DNA from: an uncultured Candidatus Rokubacteria bacterium
GTDB lineage: Bacteria > Methylomirabilota > Methylomirabilia > Rokubacteriales > DASRDR01
DNA: 64,000 nucleotides
Assembly (NCBI GenBank): GCA_963708025.1
Contig: CAVPSB010000025.1
Coordinates: forward strand, 224,001 to 288,000
Direction: 5' to 3'
The number at the start of each line of letters is the position of its first letter. Within the stretch, counting starts at the first letter, position 1. The position numbers and the translations under genes are program-made. Below, one piece after another: positions 42,232 through 51,209 of the stretch. The notes beneath the pieces were generated by a model. It saw nothing but the letters and a program-made list of their open reading frames with translations, had not been told where the DNA came from and searched no databases.

Positions 42232-44646
42232 CTACGCCGTGCGGATCCTGACGCGGGTGGTGTTGAGGAGGCCGAAGCCCCGGAAGGGGTCGGCCTCGTG
42301 GGCGATGAGGTCGTTGGGGTTCGGGCCCTCGCCGCCGAAGAGGGGGATGTGGACGACGTCGGGGCGCGTGCCGGGATAGAGCCGCGCCGGGAGCCGGATC
42401 CGGCCCTTCGCGGACTCGACCCACACCGGATCCCCGTCCCTCACCCCCAGGCCGGCCGCCGTCTTCGGGTGGATCTCCACCCAGCCGTCCCAGGACGCCC
42501 GGACGTGGACCGCGGGCTGCTCCAGGAGCCAGGGCTGATTCTTCCCGCCTCCCGGCGGCCGGGTCACGAGGCGATAGGTGTTGAGGCGCAGGGGGAAGGC
42601 GCCCGGGTCCTCGACCGGCGGGATCGCCACGGCGGGGAGGTAGAGGAGATCGCCCCGATCCTGGCCCCCCAGGGCCTGCACGAAGGCCTCGCCCCTGGCG
42701 TCGCGCCGGATGGCCTCCTCGGTCAGGCGCTTGAGCGCGGTCGCGTACAGCTCGAGCTTTCCCGAGGGCGTCCTGAGGAGCGCCTTCCGGCTGACGGGCA
42801 GCCCCGTGGGATCCCACCAGGCGCCGCGCTTGCCGAGGGCGTCCCAGAAGTCGTCGTACGACTCGAACTCGGGAGCCCAGTACCCCTGCCGCTCGAGGAT
42901 CTTCCGGAGGGACTCCTCGGCGTGGACGGATACGACGTAGCCGCGTCCGGCCTCGTAGAGCCCGCGGGCGCCCTCGTAGAGGAGGTCCTCGTACTTCTCC
43001 CAGGGGAAGCTCCCGGCGAGGCTGCCGCCCAGGCCCTTCGCGAGCTGGAGGAGCACGTCGGCGGTGTCGCGGGTCTGATGGCGCGGCACCGCGGCCGGCC
43101 GGGCCAGGCTGAAGCAGGAGAAGCCGGCCAGGTGGGTCACGGGGTCGTCCTGCCACCGCTCGAGATAGGTGTGGTCCGGCAGGATCAGGTCGGCCACGGC
43201 GCTCGACTCGTCGAGCATCGGGGAGAAGCTGACGACGAACGGGACCCGCCGGAGGGCCTCGGCGAACTGCGCCTTCGCCGGATGATTGGCCAGGGGATTC
43301 GTCGCGAACAGGAAGAGGGCGTTGACCGGATACGGCGTCCCGGCGAGGATCCGCTCGGGGAGGGCCTGGGGCACGTCCGTGGCGAGCCGATACGGCCCCT
43401 GGCCGGCGCCGTCCAGGCGGGGCTCACCGGCGCCTCGCTTGGCGATCTCGTCGGGCGGGCCGGCGGGGAGCGGGGCCAGCGGCAGCTCGCCCTGGATCAG
43501 GAGCCCGCCCCGGGCCCCGATGCTCCCGGTGAGCGCGTTGAGGCTGTGGATCGCCATCCGGGTGTGGAGGTCGTCGCGGCCGTAGGCGGGGCCCCGCTCG
43601 CCCAGGACCACGGCCGGCTTGATCGTGCCCAGGTCGCGCGCGATCTCCAGAATGGTCTTCACCGGGACGCCGGTGGCCGCCGAGACGGTCAGCAGTCCGT
43701 ACTCCCTCAGGACCAGATTCTTGAACCCCTGAACCCGCCGGCCCGCGCCGTCGGTCCAGTCCTCGAACCCGAAGACGTGCTCCTCCACGAACTCCTGGTC
43801 GTAGAGCCCCTCGCGGATCATGGCGTTGGCGATACCGAGCGCCAGGATCCCGTCCGTCCCGGGGACGATGGGCACCCAGCGGTCCGCCTTGATCGCGGTG
43901 GGGGAGCGCCGGGGATCGACCTGGATGAACCGCCCGCGGGAGCCGTCGGCGCCGCCGCGGAGCCGGGCGAAGGCCAGCGAGGCGTGGACGGGACCGAGCC
44001 AGGCCTCCAGGAGGCCGACGCCGAAGGAGAGGATGAGCCGGGCCTCGCCGAGGTCGTAGCCCAGGGGGGCCGTCACACCCTGCATGAGCTGGTGGGCGAG
44101 GGCGGGCCTCTCCGGGGCGAGACAGCGGACGCGGACGTAGTTGGGCGTGCCGTAGGCCGCGGCGAAGCGCTTCCAGAGCGTGTCCCGGTACCCGCGGTAC
44201 TGGCCCCCCAGGATCGCCACCGTGTGCGCGAGCCCCTTCTGCCGGAGGTCGGCCAGACGGCCCCTCAGGAGCGTCAACGCCTCGTCCCAGCTCACGGGGC
44301 GGACGTGACCGCGCTCCCGGTCGCGCACCATGGGCCCCTTGAGGCGATCCTCGGCGTAGAGGAGCTGGAGCCCGCCGAAGGCCTTCGGGCAGAGGGCGCC
44401 GCGATTGATCGGATGGAGGGGGTTCCCCGCGAGCCCCGCCACCTCGCCGTCGAGCGTGCGGACCAGGAGCCCGCAGCCGCCCGGACACTGCTGGCAGATG
44501 GAGGGGACCTGGACCTCCTCGGGGGTGGCCCACCGGCCGAGCCCACGCCCGGCCTGTTCGGCCTTGGCCAGCGGGCCGCCGACCACGGCCGCCGCCCCCG
44601 CCGTCCCGCCCAGCGCCTGGAGGAACCCTCGTCGCGTGACGCGCAT
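42232..44646 (-). CDS. Tat-exported molybdopterin oxidoreductase-family subunit (QrcB/ActB1-like)
   Basis: TRRGFLQ Tat motif, CQQCPGGC...LCPK (FS0), VDPRRSPTAIKAD..PGTDG, ADLILPDHTYLE. Confidence 0.9.
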   Translation of the reverse strand: MRVTRRGFLQALGGTAGAAAVVGGPLAKAEQAGRGLGRWATPEEVQVPSICQQCPGGCGLLVRTLDGEVAGLAGNPLHPINRGALCPKAFGGLQLLYAEDRLKGPMVRDRERGHVRPVSWDEALTLLRGRLADLRQKGLAHTVAILGGQYRGYRDTLWKRFAAAYGTPNYVRVRCLAPERPALAHQLMQGVTAPLGYDLGEARLILSFGVGLLEAWLGPVHASLAFARLRGGADGSRGRFIQVDPRRSPTAIKADRWVPIVPGTDGILALGIANAMIREGLYDQEFVEEHVFGFEDWTDGAGRRVQGFKNLVLREYGLLTVSAATGVPVKTILEIARDLGTIKPAVVLGERGPAYGRDDLHTRMAIHSLNALTGSIGARGGLLIQGELPLAPLPAGPPDEIAKRGAGEPRLDGAGQGPYRLATDVPQALPERILAGTPYPVNALFLFATNPLANHPAKAQFAEALRRVPFVVSFSPMLDESSAVADLILPDHTYLERWQDDPVTHLAGFSCFSLARPAAVPRHQTRDTADVLLQLAKGLGGSLAGSFPWEKYEDLLYEGARGLYEAGRGYVVSVHAEESLRKILERQGYWAPEFESYDDFWDALGKRGAWWDPTGLPVSRKALLRTPSGKLELYATALKRLTEEAIRRDARGEAFVQALGGQDRGDLLYLPAVAIPPVEDPGAFPLRLNTYRLVTRPPGGGKNQPWLLEQPAVHVRASWDGWVEIHPKTAAGLGVRDGDPVWVESAKGRIRLPARLYPGTRPDVVHIPLFGGEGPNPNDLIAHEADPFRGFGLLNTTRVRIRTA

Positions 44647-44655
44647 CGTTCTCCC

Positions 44656-45223
44656 TCAGCGGTGGCAGGCGTTGCAGTCGGTGGAGACCTTCCGCCCCGC
44701 GGCCGCCCTCACCGGCTCCGCTCCCGGCGCCGGGGCCTCTGTGGGCCACTGCCACCGCTCGTGACAGCCGATGCAGTCGTCCATCCTGAGCGCCTTCAGC
44801 GGACGGGCCGGGGGACGGGTCAGCGTCTCCATGGGCCCGTGGCAGGTCTGGCACCTCACCTTCGCCACCGCCACGTGGACGCGGTGGGAGAAGAAGACAT
44901 GGGGCGGGAGCCGCCAGACCCGCTGCCAGGGGATCTCCCGGCCGTTCTCACCGAACGCCTGGAGCTTCTGCTCCTCCGCGCTCTTGGCCTGGGCGCCGGA
45001 GTGACAGGAGAGGCACTTCTTGGTGGAGGGGCGGCCGGCGGCGGCGCCCTTTTCCGCCCGGTCGTGGCAGGTCGTGCACTCGACCTTCTGGTCCTTCAGA
45101 TCGAGGTGCGTCTTGTGGGGGAACTCGATGGGCTGCTTCGATTGCCGGCTCCACCCAGCCCGCCCAGTAGCCCCAGGTCAGGACGAGCGCCAGCAACAGC
45201 GCCAGGCCGAGGGCGACCTTCAT
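44656..45223 (-). CDS. Membrane-anchored pentaheme cytochrome c (ActA/QrcA-like), frameshift near 45150
   Basis: QPIEFPHKTH, CTTCH, CLSCH, LPPHVFFSHRVHV, CQTCH, CIGCH, terminal DCNACHR*. Confidence 0.9.
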
Positions 45224-45600
45224 GGCACGCGGTGTCGGGAGAGGACCGCATTCACGGTCTCCTCCAGCTGTCCGAGGGTGATCGGCTTCTCGAGGACAGC
45301 CACCACCAGACCTTCGGCTTTCGCCGCGTGGACCTCGGGCGTCGCGAGGGAAACGAGCGCGATGACGGAGACGTGGGGGAACTCGGCCCGGAGCCGGCGG
45401 ACTGTCCCGAGCTCCTCGGCCCCGAGCTCCTCGAGGTCCGTCACGACGATGGATACCGGGACCCGCTGGAGCCGGGACTCCCCTTCCGCCCAGCCCAACG
45501 CCGACGTCACCGGGACCCCGCCCCGCATGAGCGCCCGGGTCAGGCCCTGCAGCGTCGTGGCGTCGGGCGACACGACCAAGATCGATTCCGGTTGTCGCAT
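45220..45600 (-). CDS. Stand-alone receiver-domain protein (atypical)
   Basis: ILVVSPD...IVVTDL...VLEKPI CheY-like pattern. ATGA overlap with the pentaheme gene. Confidence 0.75.
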   Translation of the reverse strand: MRQPESILVVSPDATTLQGLTRALMRGGVPVTSALGWAEGESRLQRVPVSIVVTDLEELGAEELGTVRRLRAEFPHVSVIALVSLATPEVHAAKAEGLVVAVLEKPITLGQLEETVNAVLSRHRVP

Positions 45601-45618
45601 GGCGTTCGCATCCCAGGC

Positions 45619-45634
45619 AGCACGCCCCGTGCCA
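45619..45634 (-). promoter_or_regulatory. sigma54 -24/-12 promoter
   Basis: TGGCACGGGGCGTGCT against consensus TGGCACG-N4-TTGCW, between the sigma54 activator gene and the respiratory operon. Confidence 0.75.
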
Positions 45635-45775
45635 GCTCCCCGCCACCCGCGGCTTCGACGCGGAACCCTCTTCGGTGCGCGGAGTTCGGGGGCGAAGTCG
45701 GAAGGGGAGGGCGGGCCCTGGGATTGTCAGATCGACCCTGTCGGTCGATCGAGTCCGGTCAATGCGACAAAGGGG

Positions 45776-47125
45776 CTATTGGAGCCCGAACTCCTGGATC
45801 TTCCGGTAGAGGGTCTTGAGTCCGATCCCCAGGACCTCGGCGGCCCTCCGCTTGTTCCCGCCGGTCGCCACCAGCGTTCGGGCGATGGTCTGGCGCTCCA
45901 GATCCCGGAGCGTCGCTCCCGCGGCGCGATCGCCGGGTTCGGGACCCCGCTCCTCGCCCCGAATGGCCAGGGGGAGATCGCCGGCGGCAACGGGACCACC
46001 CTTGGAGAACACCAGCATCGACTCCACGACGTGCTGGAGCTCCCGGACATTTCCCGGCCAGGAATGGCGGCAAAGGAGCGCGAGGGCCTCGGGGGTCAGC
46101 TCGGGGACGGGTTTCCCCGACCGCTCGGCAAAGACGCGCAGGAAGTGAGCCACCAGGAAGGGGACATCCTCGACCCGATCCCGGAGGGGTGGCACCGCGA
46201 TGCGGACGACGTTGAGCCGGTAGTAGAGATCTTCCCGGAACGCGCCCTCGGCTGCGAGGCCCTCCAGGTCTCGGTTCGTCGCGGTGACGAGCCTGACGTC
46301 CACCCGGATCGTCTCGGTCCCGCCGACCCGCTCGAACTCCTGCTCCTGGAGGACCCGTAGGAGCTTGGCCTGGGTCCGGGGACTCAGGTCGCCCACCTCG
46401 TCCAGAAACAGCGTGCCGCCGTGGGCGAGCTCGAACCGTCCCTTCCGCCGATCCCGAGCGCCGGTAAACGCCCCGCGCTCGTGGCCGAACAGCTCGGACT
46501 CCAGCAGCTCCTCGGGAAGCGCGGCACAGCTCACCTTCACCAGTGGGCCCTCGGCCCGGCGACCTCCGTAGTGAATGGCGTGAGCCACCAGCTCCTTGCC
46601 GGTCCCGCTTTCCCCGCGGATCAGCACGGCCGCATCGGTGGCGGCGACCTGCTGGATCGATTCCCTGAGGCGCTGCATGGCTGCGGAGCGGCCCAGAAGC
46701 TGCTCGAGCCCGGACGTCTCCCGCAGGCGCAGCCTCAGCTCCCGATTCTCCTGGGCCAGCCGCCGGGCTTCCAGGGCGTTCCGCAGCACGAGCTCGAGCT
46801 TGTCCAGATGGATCGGCTTGGTGAGGAAATCGTAGGCCCCCTTTCTCATGGCCTCGACGGCCAGGTCCACGGTGGCGAAGGCGGTGAGAATGATCACGAC
46901 GGTCTCGGGGAAATCCGAGCGGACCTGCTCCAGGAGGGTCATCCCGTCGACACCCGGCATTTTCAGGTCCGTCAGGAGCACGTCGACCGATTCCCTTTGG
47001 AGGATCGGCAGGGCCCCGGCGCCGTCTGCGGCCGTCAGGGTCCGGTACCCCGCCCGGGTCATGGCCCGGCCGAGGCTCTCCCGGGTTCGGGGATCGTCCT
47101 CGGCCACAAGGATGACGTGCCCCAT
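45776..47125 (-). CDS. NtrC/AtoC-family sigma54-dependent response regulator
   Basis: Receiver domain, GESGTGKE, ESELFGHERGAFTGA, LFLDEV, WPGNVREL, Fis-type HTH. Confidence 0.95.
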   Translation of the reverse strand: MGHVILVAEDDPRTRESLGRAMTRAGYRTLTAADGAGALPILQRESVDVLLTDLKMPGVDGMTLLEQVRSDFPETVVIILTAFATVDLAVEAMRKGAYDFLTKPIHLDKLELVLRNALEARRLAQENRELRLRLRETSGLEQLLGRSAAMQRLRESIQQVAATDAAVLIRGESGTGKELVAHAIHYGGRRAEGPLVKVSCAALPEELLESELFGHERGAFTGARDRRKGRFELAHGGTLFLDEVGDLSPRTQAKLLRVLQEQEFERVGGTETIRVDVRLVTATNRDLEGLAAEGAFREDLYYRLNVVRIAVPPLRDRVEDVPFLVAHFLRVFAERSGKPVPELTPEALALLCRHSWPGNVRELQHVVESMLVFSKGGPVAAGDLPLAIRGEERGPEPGDRAAGATLRDLERQTIARTLVATGGNKRRAAEVLGIGLKTLYRKIQEFGLQ

Positions 47126-47139
47126 CCTCTCTGCCCCCC

Positions 47140-48726
47140 TTACGCGGGACGCCCGGCAGGGAGACGGACGACGAATGCGGCCCCCCCTCCGGCCCGGTTC
47201 TGACAGGAAACGCTCCCCCCGTGCTCCTCGACGATTCGTCTGACGATGGGAAGCCCCAGGCCGAGGCCGTCCGCCTTGGTGCTGACGAAGGGAAGAAAGA
47301 TCAGCTCCCGCTGCGCCTCCGGAATGCCCGGCCCGCTGTCCGTCACGTCGATTCGCACCCCGTCCCCGTCCTGGCCGACCTCCACGCCCAGGGTTCCCCC
47401 GTTCGGCATGGCTTGAAGGGCGTTCTGCCCCAGGTTGAGGAAGACTTCGCGAAGCTGATCCCCGTCGCCTCTCACCGAGGCGACGGGCAAGGTCCTCGGG
47501 GTTTCGATGCAGACCCCCGCCTCGGCCGCCTGGGGTCCCAGCAGTCCCAGGATCTCTTCGAGAAGGGGGCCGATCTCGACCTGATCGAACCGCGGCGTCG
47601 GGAGACGGGCGAACTTGACGAACTCCTCCAGGATCCGGTTGATCCGGTTGATTTCGTACTCGACGGTGGCCAGGGTGCTGAGGATCTCGCCGATGGACGG
47701 TGGGGGAGCTTCCCGGGAAAGCTCCCGGCGGAGCAGCTGGACGTTGATCGCCAGGGAGTTGAGAGGCGTCCGAATCTCGTGTGTCACCCCGGCTGCGATC
47801 TGGCCCGTCACGGCGATCCGCTCGGCTCGGACAAGCTCGGCTTGCGTGGCGTGGAGGCGGACAGCGGTCTCCTCCAGCTCCCGCGTCCGCTCCTTGACCT
47901 GACGCTCCAGCTCGGCCTGGAAGTTCCTCCGATCGGCCTCGTGGGTCTCGAGGCGCTCGGCCATCACGTTGAACGCCTGGGAGAGCTGCCCCACTTCGCT
48001 GCCCGACCGCACCGGGACGCGCCGGGAGAAGTCGCCTCCGGCGATGTGGAGGGCCGCCTCGGCAAGCCGGGTGATCGGCAGGACCAGGGTGCGCGAGAGG
48101 AAGCGGTCGCCGAGGAGGAGGAGGAGGCCGCCGCCAAAGGCGAAGGCCACGTAGAGGGCGGAGATCAGGAGCATTCGCCGCTGGCTCCGGTCGATGGCGC
48201 GCTGGAATTTCTTCTGGTGCAGGGCGTGGAGTTCCTGGACGAGTCCGGAGACCTGCTCGTGAGCCAGCTCGTTCAACGACGCCAACTCAGAGGCGGTCGG
48301 CGGCCGTCCCCGTGCGGATGCCTCGACCGCCCCCATCGAGGCAGCCTCCAGTCGGGCCAGCAGGGACTTTAGCTCGTCGAGCCGCGCCAGCTCCTTGCGG
48401 GCTTCGTCTCCCCCCTGGGCGCGCTCCAGCGCCTCATAGGCCGCAACCTCTCTCTCGAGGCCCTCCAGGTGCGCCCGCGGTGGTCGGTGCCCATGTGTTC
48501 CACCGCCATGGAGAGTGAGGTGGAGGTCGTCGACGAAATGATGAATGAGGCTGTGAATGCGATCGATGGCCTCCACCTCGAGCCCTTGCTGCCTTCCCTG
48601 CTCCACTCCCTTCGAGATGGTCCAGGCCAGGAGCACGGAGATCCCTCCCACCAGCAAAACGAGGCTGAACCCGATGCCGATGGCGAGCTTGATCTGCCGG
48701 CCGACTCCCGCGCGTACGGGCTCCAT
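47140..48726 (-). CDS. HAMP sensor histidine kinase (2 TM, periplasmic helical sensor)
   Basis: Two TM segments, HAMP, THEIRTPLNS, NLGQNALQAM, DSGPGI, GLGLGL. Confidence 0.95.
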   Translation of the reverse strand: MEPVRAGVGRQIKLAIGIGFSLVLLVGGISVLLAWTISKGVEQGRQQGLEVEAIDRIHSLIHHFVDDLHLTLHGGGTHGHRPPRAHLEGLEREVAAYEALERAQGGDEARKELARLDELKSLLARLEAASMGAVEASARGRPPTASELASLNELAHEQVSGLVQELHALHQKKFQRAIDRSQRRMLLISALYVAFAFGGGLLLLLGDRFLSRTLVLPITRLAEAALHIAGGDFSRRVPVRSGSEVGQLSQAFNVMAERLETHEADRRNFQAELERQVKERTRELEETAVRLHATQAELVRAERIAVTGQIAAGVTHEIRTPLNSLAINVQLLRRELSREAPPPSIGEILSTLATVEYEINRINRILEEFVKFARLPTPRFDQVEIGPLLEEILGLLGPQAAEAGVCIETPRTLPVASVRGDGDQLREVFLNLGQNALQAMPNGGTLGVEVGQDGDGVRIDVTDSGPGIPEAQRELIFLPFVSTKADGLGLGLPIVRRIVEEHGGSVSCQNRAGGGAAFVVRLPAGRPA

Positions 48727-48896
48727 CGATCTCTGTGCGGCCCTCGGTGGGGCAAAAGGCCGAGTTCGCAGCTTCGCTATGCAGATTCTACGCCCACGAA
48801 CGCGAGGCTGCGAGGACGAAGGCGCGGCTCACCGGCGACGAGCAGAAGGCAGTCGGGACCACCGATTTCGACCTGCAGCTCGATCCGGGTGGCGCG

Positions 48897-50699
48897 TCAG
48901 GCCTGCTTGGCTTCCAGCTCGGCCCAGCGGGCGTAGAGGCGGGCGACCTCGGCGCGGGCGGCGTCGAGGGTGGCGTGGCGGGCCTGGAGCGCGGCGGCGT
49001 CGGCGGCGATGGCGGGGTCCTCGGCGGCGAGGCGGCAGGCCTCGGCCGCGTTCTCGGCCTCCAGGATGGCGTGCTCCATCCCGTCCCACTCGCGCTGCTC
49101 GCGGTAGGGGAGGCGGCGGGGGCGGGCCCGCTCGCGCGCGGCCCCCCGGTCGGGCGCGTCGCGCGGCGGCCGGCCCTGGCGGGCACGCGCCGCGCGGGCG
49201 GCTTCCCACTGGGCGTAGTCCGCGAACGTCTCGGCGCCGCCCTGGCCGTCGAGGGCGACGATGACCGTGGACACGCGGTCGAGCATGAAGCGGTCGTGGG
49301 TCACCAGGACGAGGCCGCCGGGGAACTCGGCGAGGCTGTCCTCGAGCACCTCGAGGGCGGGGATGTCGAGATCGTTGGTGGGCTCGTCGAGGATCAGGAG
49401 GTCGGCCGGCTCGCGCATCAGCCGGGCGATGAGGATGCGCGCCTGCTCGCCGCCCGAGAGCCGGCCCACGGGCAGGTCGAGCTGCTCGGAGCGGAAGAGG
49501 AAGCGCTTGGCCCAGGCCGCCACGTGCACCGGGCGGTCGTGGACGAACACGGTGTCGCCCTCGGGGGCGAGCGCGCGCCGCAGCGGCTGGTCGGGATCGA
49601 GGCCGGCGCGGTCCTGGTCGAAGCGCGCGAGCCGCAGGCCGTCGGCGCGCTCGACCTCGCCGGCGTCGGGCGGCAGCGTGCCGTCGAGCAGGCTCAGCAG
49701 GGTCGTCTTGCCGCTGCCGTTCGGGCCGATGAGGCCGACCCGCGTGCCGGGGGCGATGACGAGGTCCAGGCCGAGGACGAGGAGCCGGCCGCCGAGCGAC
49801 TTCGTCAGCCCGCGCGCGGCGAGGAGCCGGCGCGAGCGCCGCTCGGTAGCCGTGAACGCGATGCCGGCGGTGGCGACGGCGGCGCGGGTCTCGAGATCCG
49901 TCAGCTCCTCGACGAGCCGGCCCGCCTCCTTGATGCGACCCTTCGCCTTCGTGGTCCGGGCCTTGGCGCCCCGGCGCAGCCACTCGATCTCGCGCCGCAC
50001 CGTGTTGGCGAGCGACTCCTGGTAGGCGGCCTGGCCGCGGAGGAGCTCGTCGCGCCGGGCCAGGAAGTCGCTGTAGCGGCCGTCGGCCTCGAAGAGCCCG
50101 CGCGGGAGGGCGGGGCTCAGCTCGAGCATCCGCGTGGCGACGTGCTCGAGGAAGTAGCGGTCGTGGCTCACCACCAGGCAGGCGCGCGCCCGCTCGGCGA
50201 GCACCTCCTCCAGCCAGAGGATGCCGTCCACGTCGAGGTGGTTGGTCGGCTCGTCCATCAGGAGCACGTCGGGGGCGGCGGCCAGCTCGCGCGCGATGGC
50301 GAGGCGCTTCTTCCAGCCGCCCGATAGGGCGTCCACCTCGAGGCGGCCGTCCGGGAAGCCGGCGCGGCCCAGCGCGAGCGCGAGACGGCCGGGCCGCTCG
50401 GCCTCGTCGACGGCGGCGAGCGCGCCGGCGAGCACGCTCTCGACCGTGTGGCCGGGTGGGAAGACGGGGTCCTGCGGCACGTAGCCGAGCCGGACGCCGC
50501 CGCGGAGCGAGCGCGTGCCCCGGTCGGGCGTCTCGAGGCCGGCCAGGATCCTGAGCAGCGTGGACTTGCCCGAGCCGTTGGGGCCCACGAGCCCCGCCTG
50601 GTCGCCGTCGAAGAGCCCGAAGGACAGGTCGTCGAAGAGCCTCCGGGTCCCGTAGGCCTTGCTGACCGACTCGCAGCCCAGGAGGATCGCCCGCGGCAT
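48897..50699 (-). CDS. uup: ABC-F family ATPase (Uup-like)
   Basis: Two ABC domains (GPNGSGKS/T, LSGG, DEPTNHLD/DEPTNDLD), no TM, C-terminal coiled coil ending LYARWAELE. Confidence 0.85.
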   Translation of the reverse strand: MPRAILLGCESVSKAYGTRRLFDDLSFGLFDGDQAGLVGPNGSGKSTLLRILAGLETPDRGTRSLRGGVRLGYVPQDPVFPPGHTVESVLAGALAAVDEAERPGRLALALGRAGFPDGRLEVDALSGGWKKRLAIARELAAAPDVLLMDEPTNHLDVDGILWLEEVLAERARACLVVSHDRYFLEHVATRMLELSPALPRGLFEADGRYSDFLARRDELLRGQAAYQESLANTVRREIEWLRRGAKARTTKAKGRIKEAGRLVEELTDLETRAAVATAGIAFTATERRSRRLLAARGLTKSLGGRLLVLGLDLVIAPGTRVGLIGPNGSGKTTLLSLLDGTLPPDAGEVERADGLRLARFDQDRAGLDPDQPLRRALAPEGDTVFVHDRPVHVAAWAKRFLFRSEQLDLPVGRLSGGEQARILIARLMREPADLLILDEPTNDLDIPALEVLEDSLAEFPGGLVLVTHDRFMLDRVSTVIVALDGQGGAETFADYAQWEAARAARARQGRPPRDAPDRGAARERARPRRLPYREQREWDGMEHAILEAENAAEACRLAAEDPAIAADAAALQARHATLDAARAEVARLYARWAELEAKQA

Positions 50700-50704
50700 G
50701 CGCG

Positions 50705-50782
50705 CTATTTCTTCTCCGGCTTTGGCTTCTCCTGCTTGGGCTTCTTCTTCTTTTCCTTCTGCATGTCTCTGCCTTTCGCCAT
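50705..50782 (-). CDS. Small Lys-rich protein / candidate uORF (25 aa)
   Basis: MAKGRDMQKEKKKKPKQEKPKPEKK*. SD AAAGGGGGTGA, TATAAT at 50814-50819, stop 5 nt before the ABC-F ATG. Confidence 0.75.
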   Translation of the reverse strand: MAKGRDMQKEKKKKPKQEKPKPEKK

Positions 50783-50946
50783 GGGCTCACCCCCTTTCCA
50801 CTGCCTGGCGCAGATTATACCCATCGTCCCGCGGATGGGCGCCGGGATGTCGGATGTCGGGAGGACCGCCGGGTGGTCACGCGGCGACCCCGGGCGCGTC
50901 GAGATCGCGGATCACCGCCCGACCGCGTCGGGTCGGGGGGTCGGGC

Positions 50947-51098
50947 TCAGCGGCCGAGGGTGTCGTAGCAGAGGCGCGCCATGCGGCCGATGAGCTGGGC
51001 CGCGGCGGCGAAGCCCGGGGTCCCGTCCGGCAGCGCGGCGGGGACGTGCTCCGTGTAGGCGGTGAGGATGAACAGAGGGCGCTCGTCTTTCACCCAGC
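50947..51098 (-). pseudogene. Serine hydrolase (class A beta-lactamase-like) C-terminal fragment
   Basis: PLFILTAYTEHVPAALPDGTPGFAAAAQLIGRMARLCYDTLGR*. Confidence 0.55.
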
Positions 51099-51184
51099 CG
51101 CGTCCGGACGGCCGACCGGTCCAGGTCGGCCAGGGTCGGGCCGCCGATGAGGGCAAGCGCGCGGTCGATCTCAGTCTGGATGCC
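51099..51184 (-). pseudogene. FMN-dependent alpha-hydroxy acid oxidase C-terminal fragment
   Basis: IQTEIDRALALIGGPTLADLDRSAV. Confidence 0.6.
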
Positions 51185-51209
51185 AGCCCCCGGTCGAAAT
51201 GGAGATGGC

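Noticed and set aside
31615-45819. Very long antisense or alternative-frame ORFs (e.g. 31615-35322, 37642-40251, 41974-45819)
   Set aside because: Shadow ORFs of high-GC coding strands with no recognisable motifs.
11688-50885. Relic/source pairs as DGR template and variable repeats
   Set aside because: Mismatches are not adenine-specific and no reverse transcriptase is in the window.
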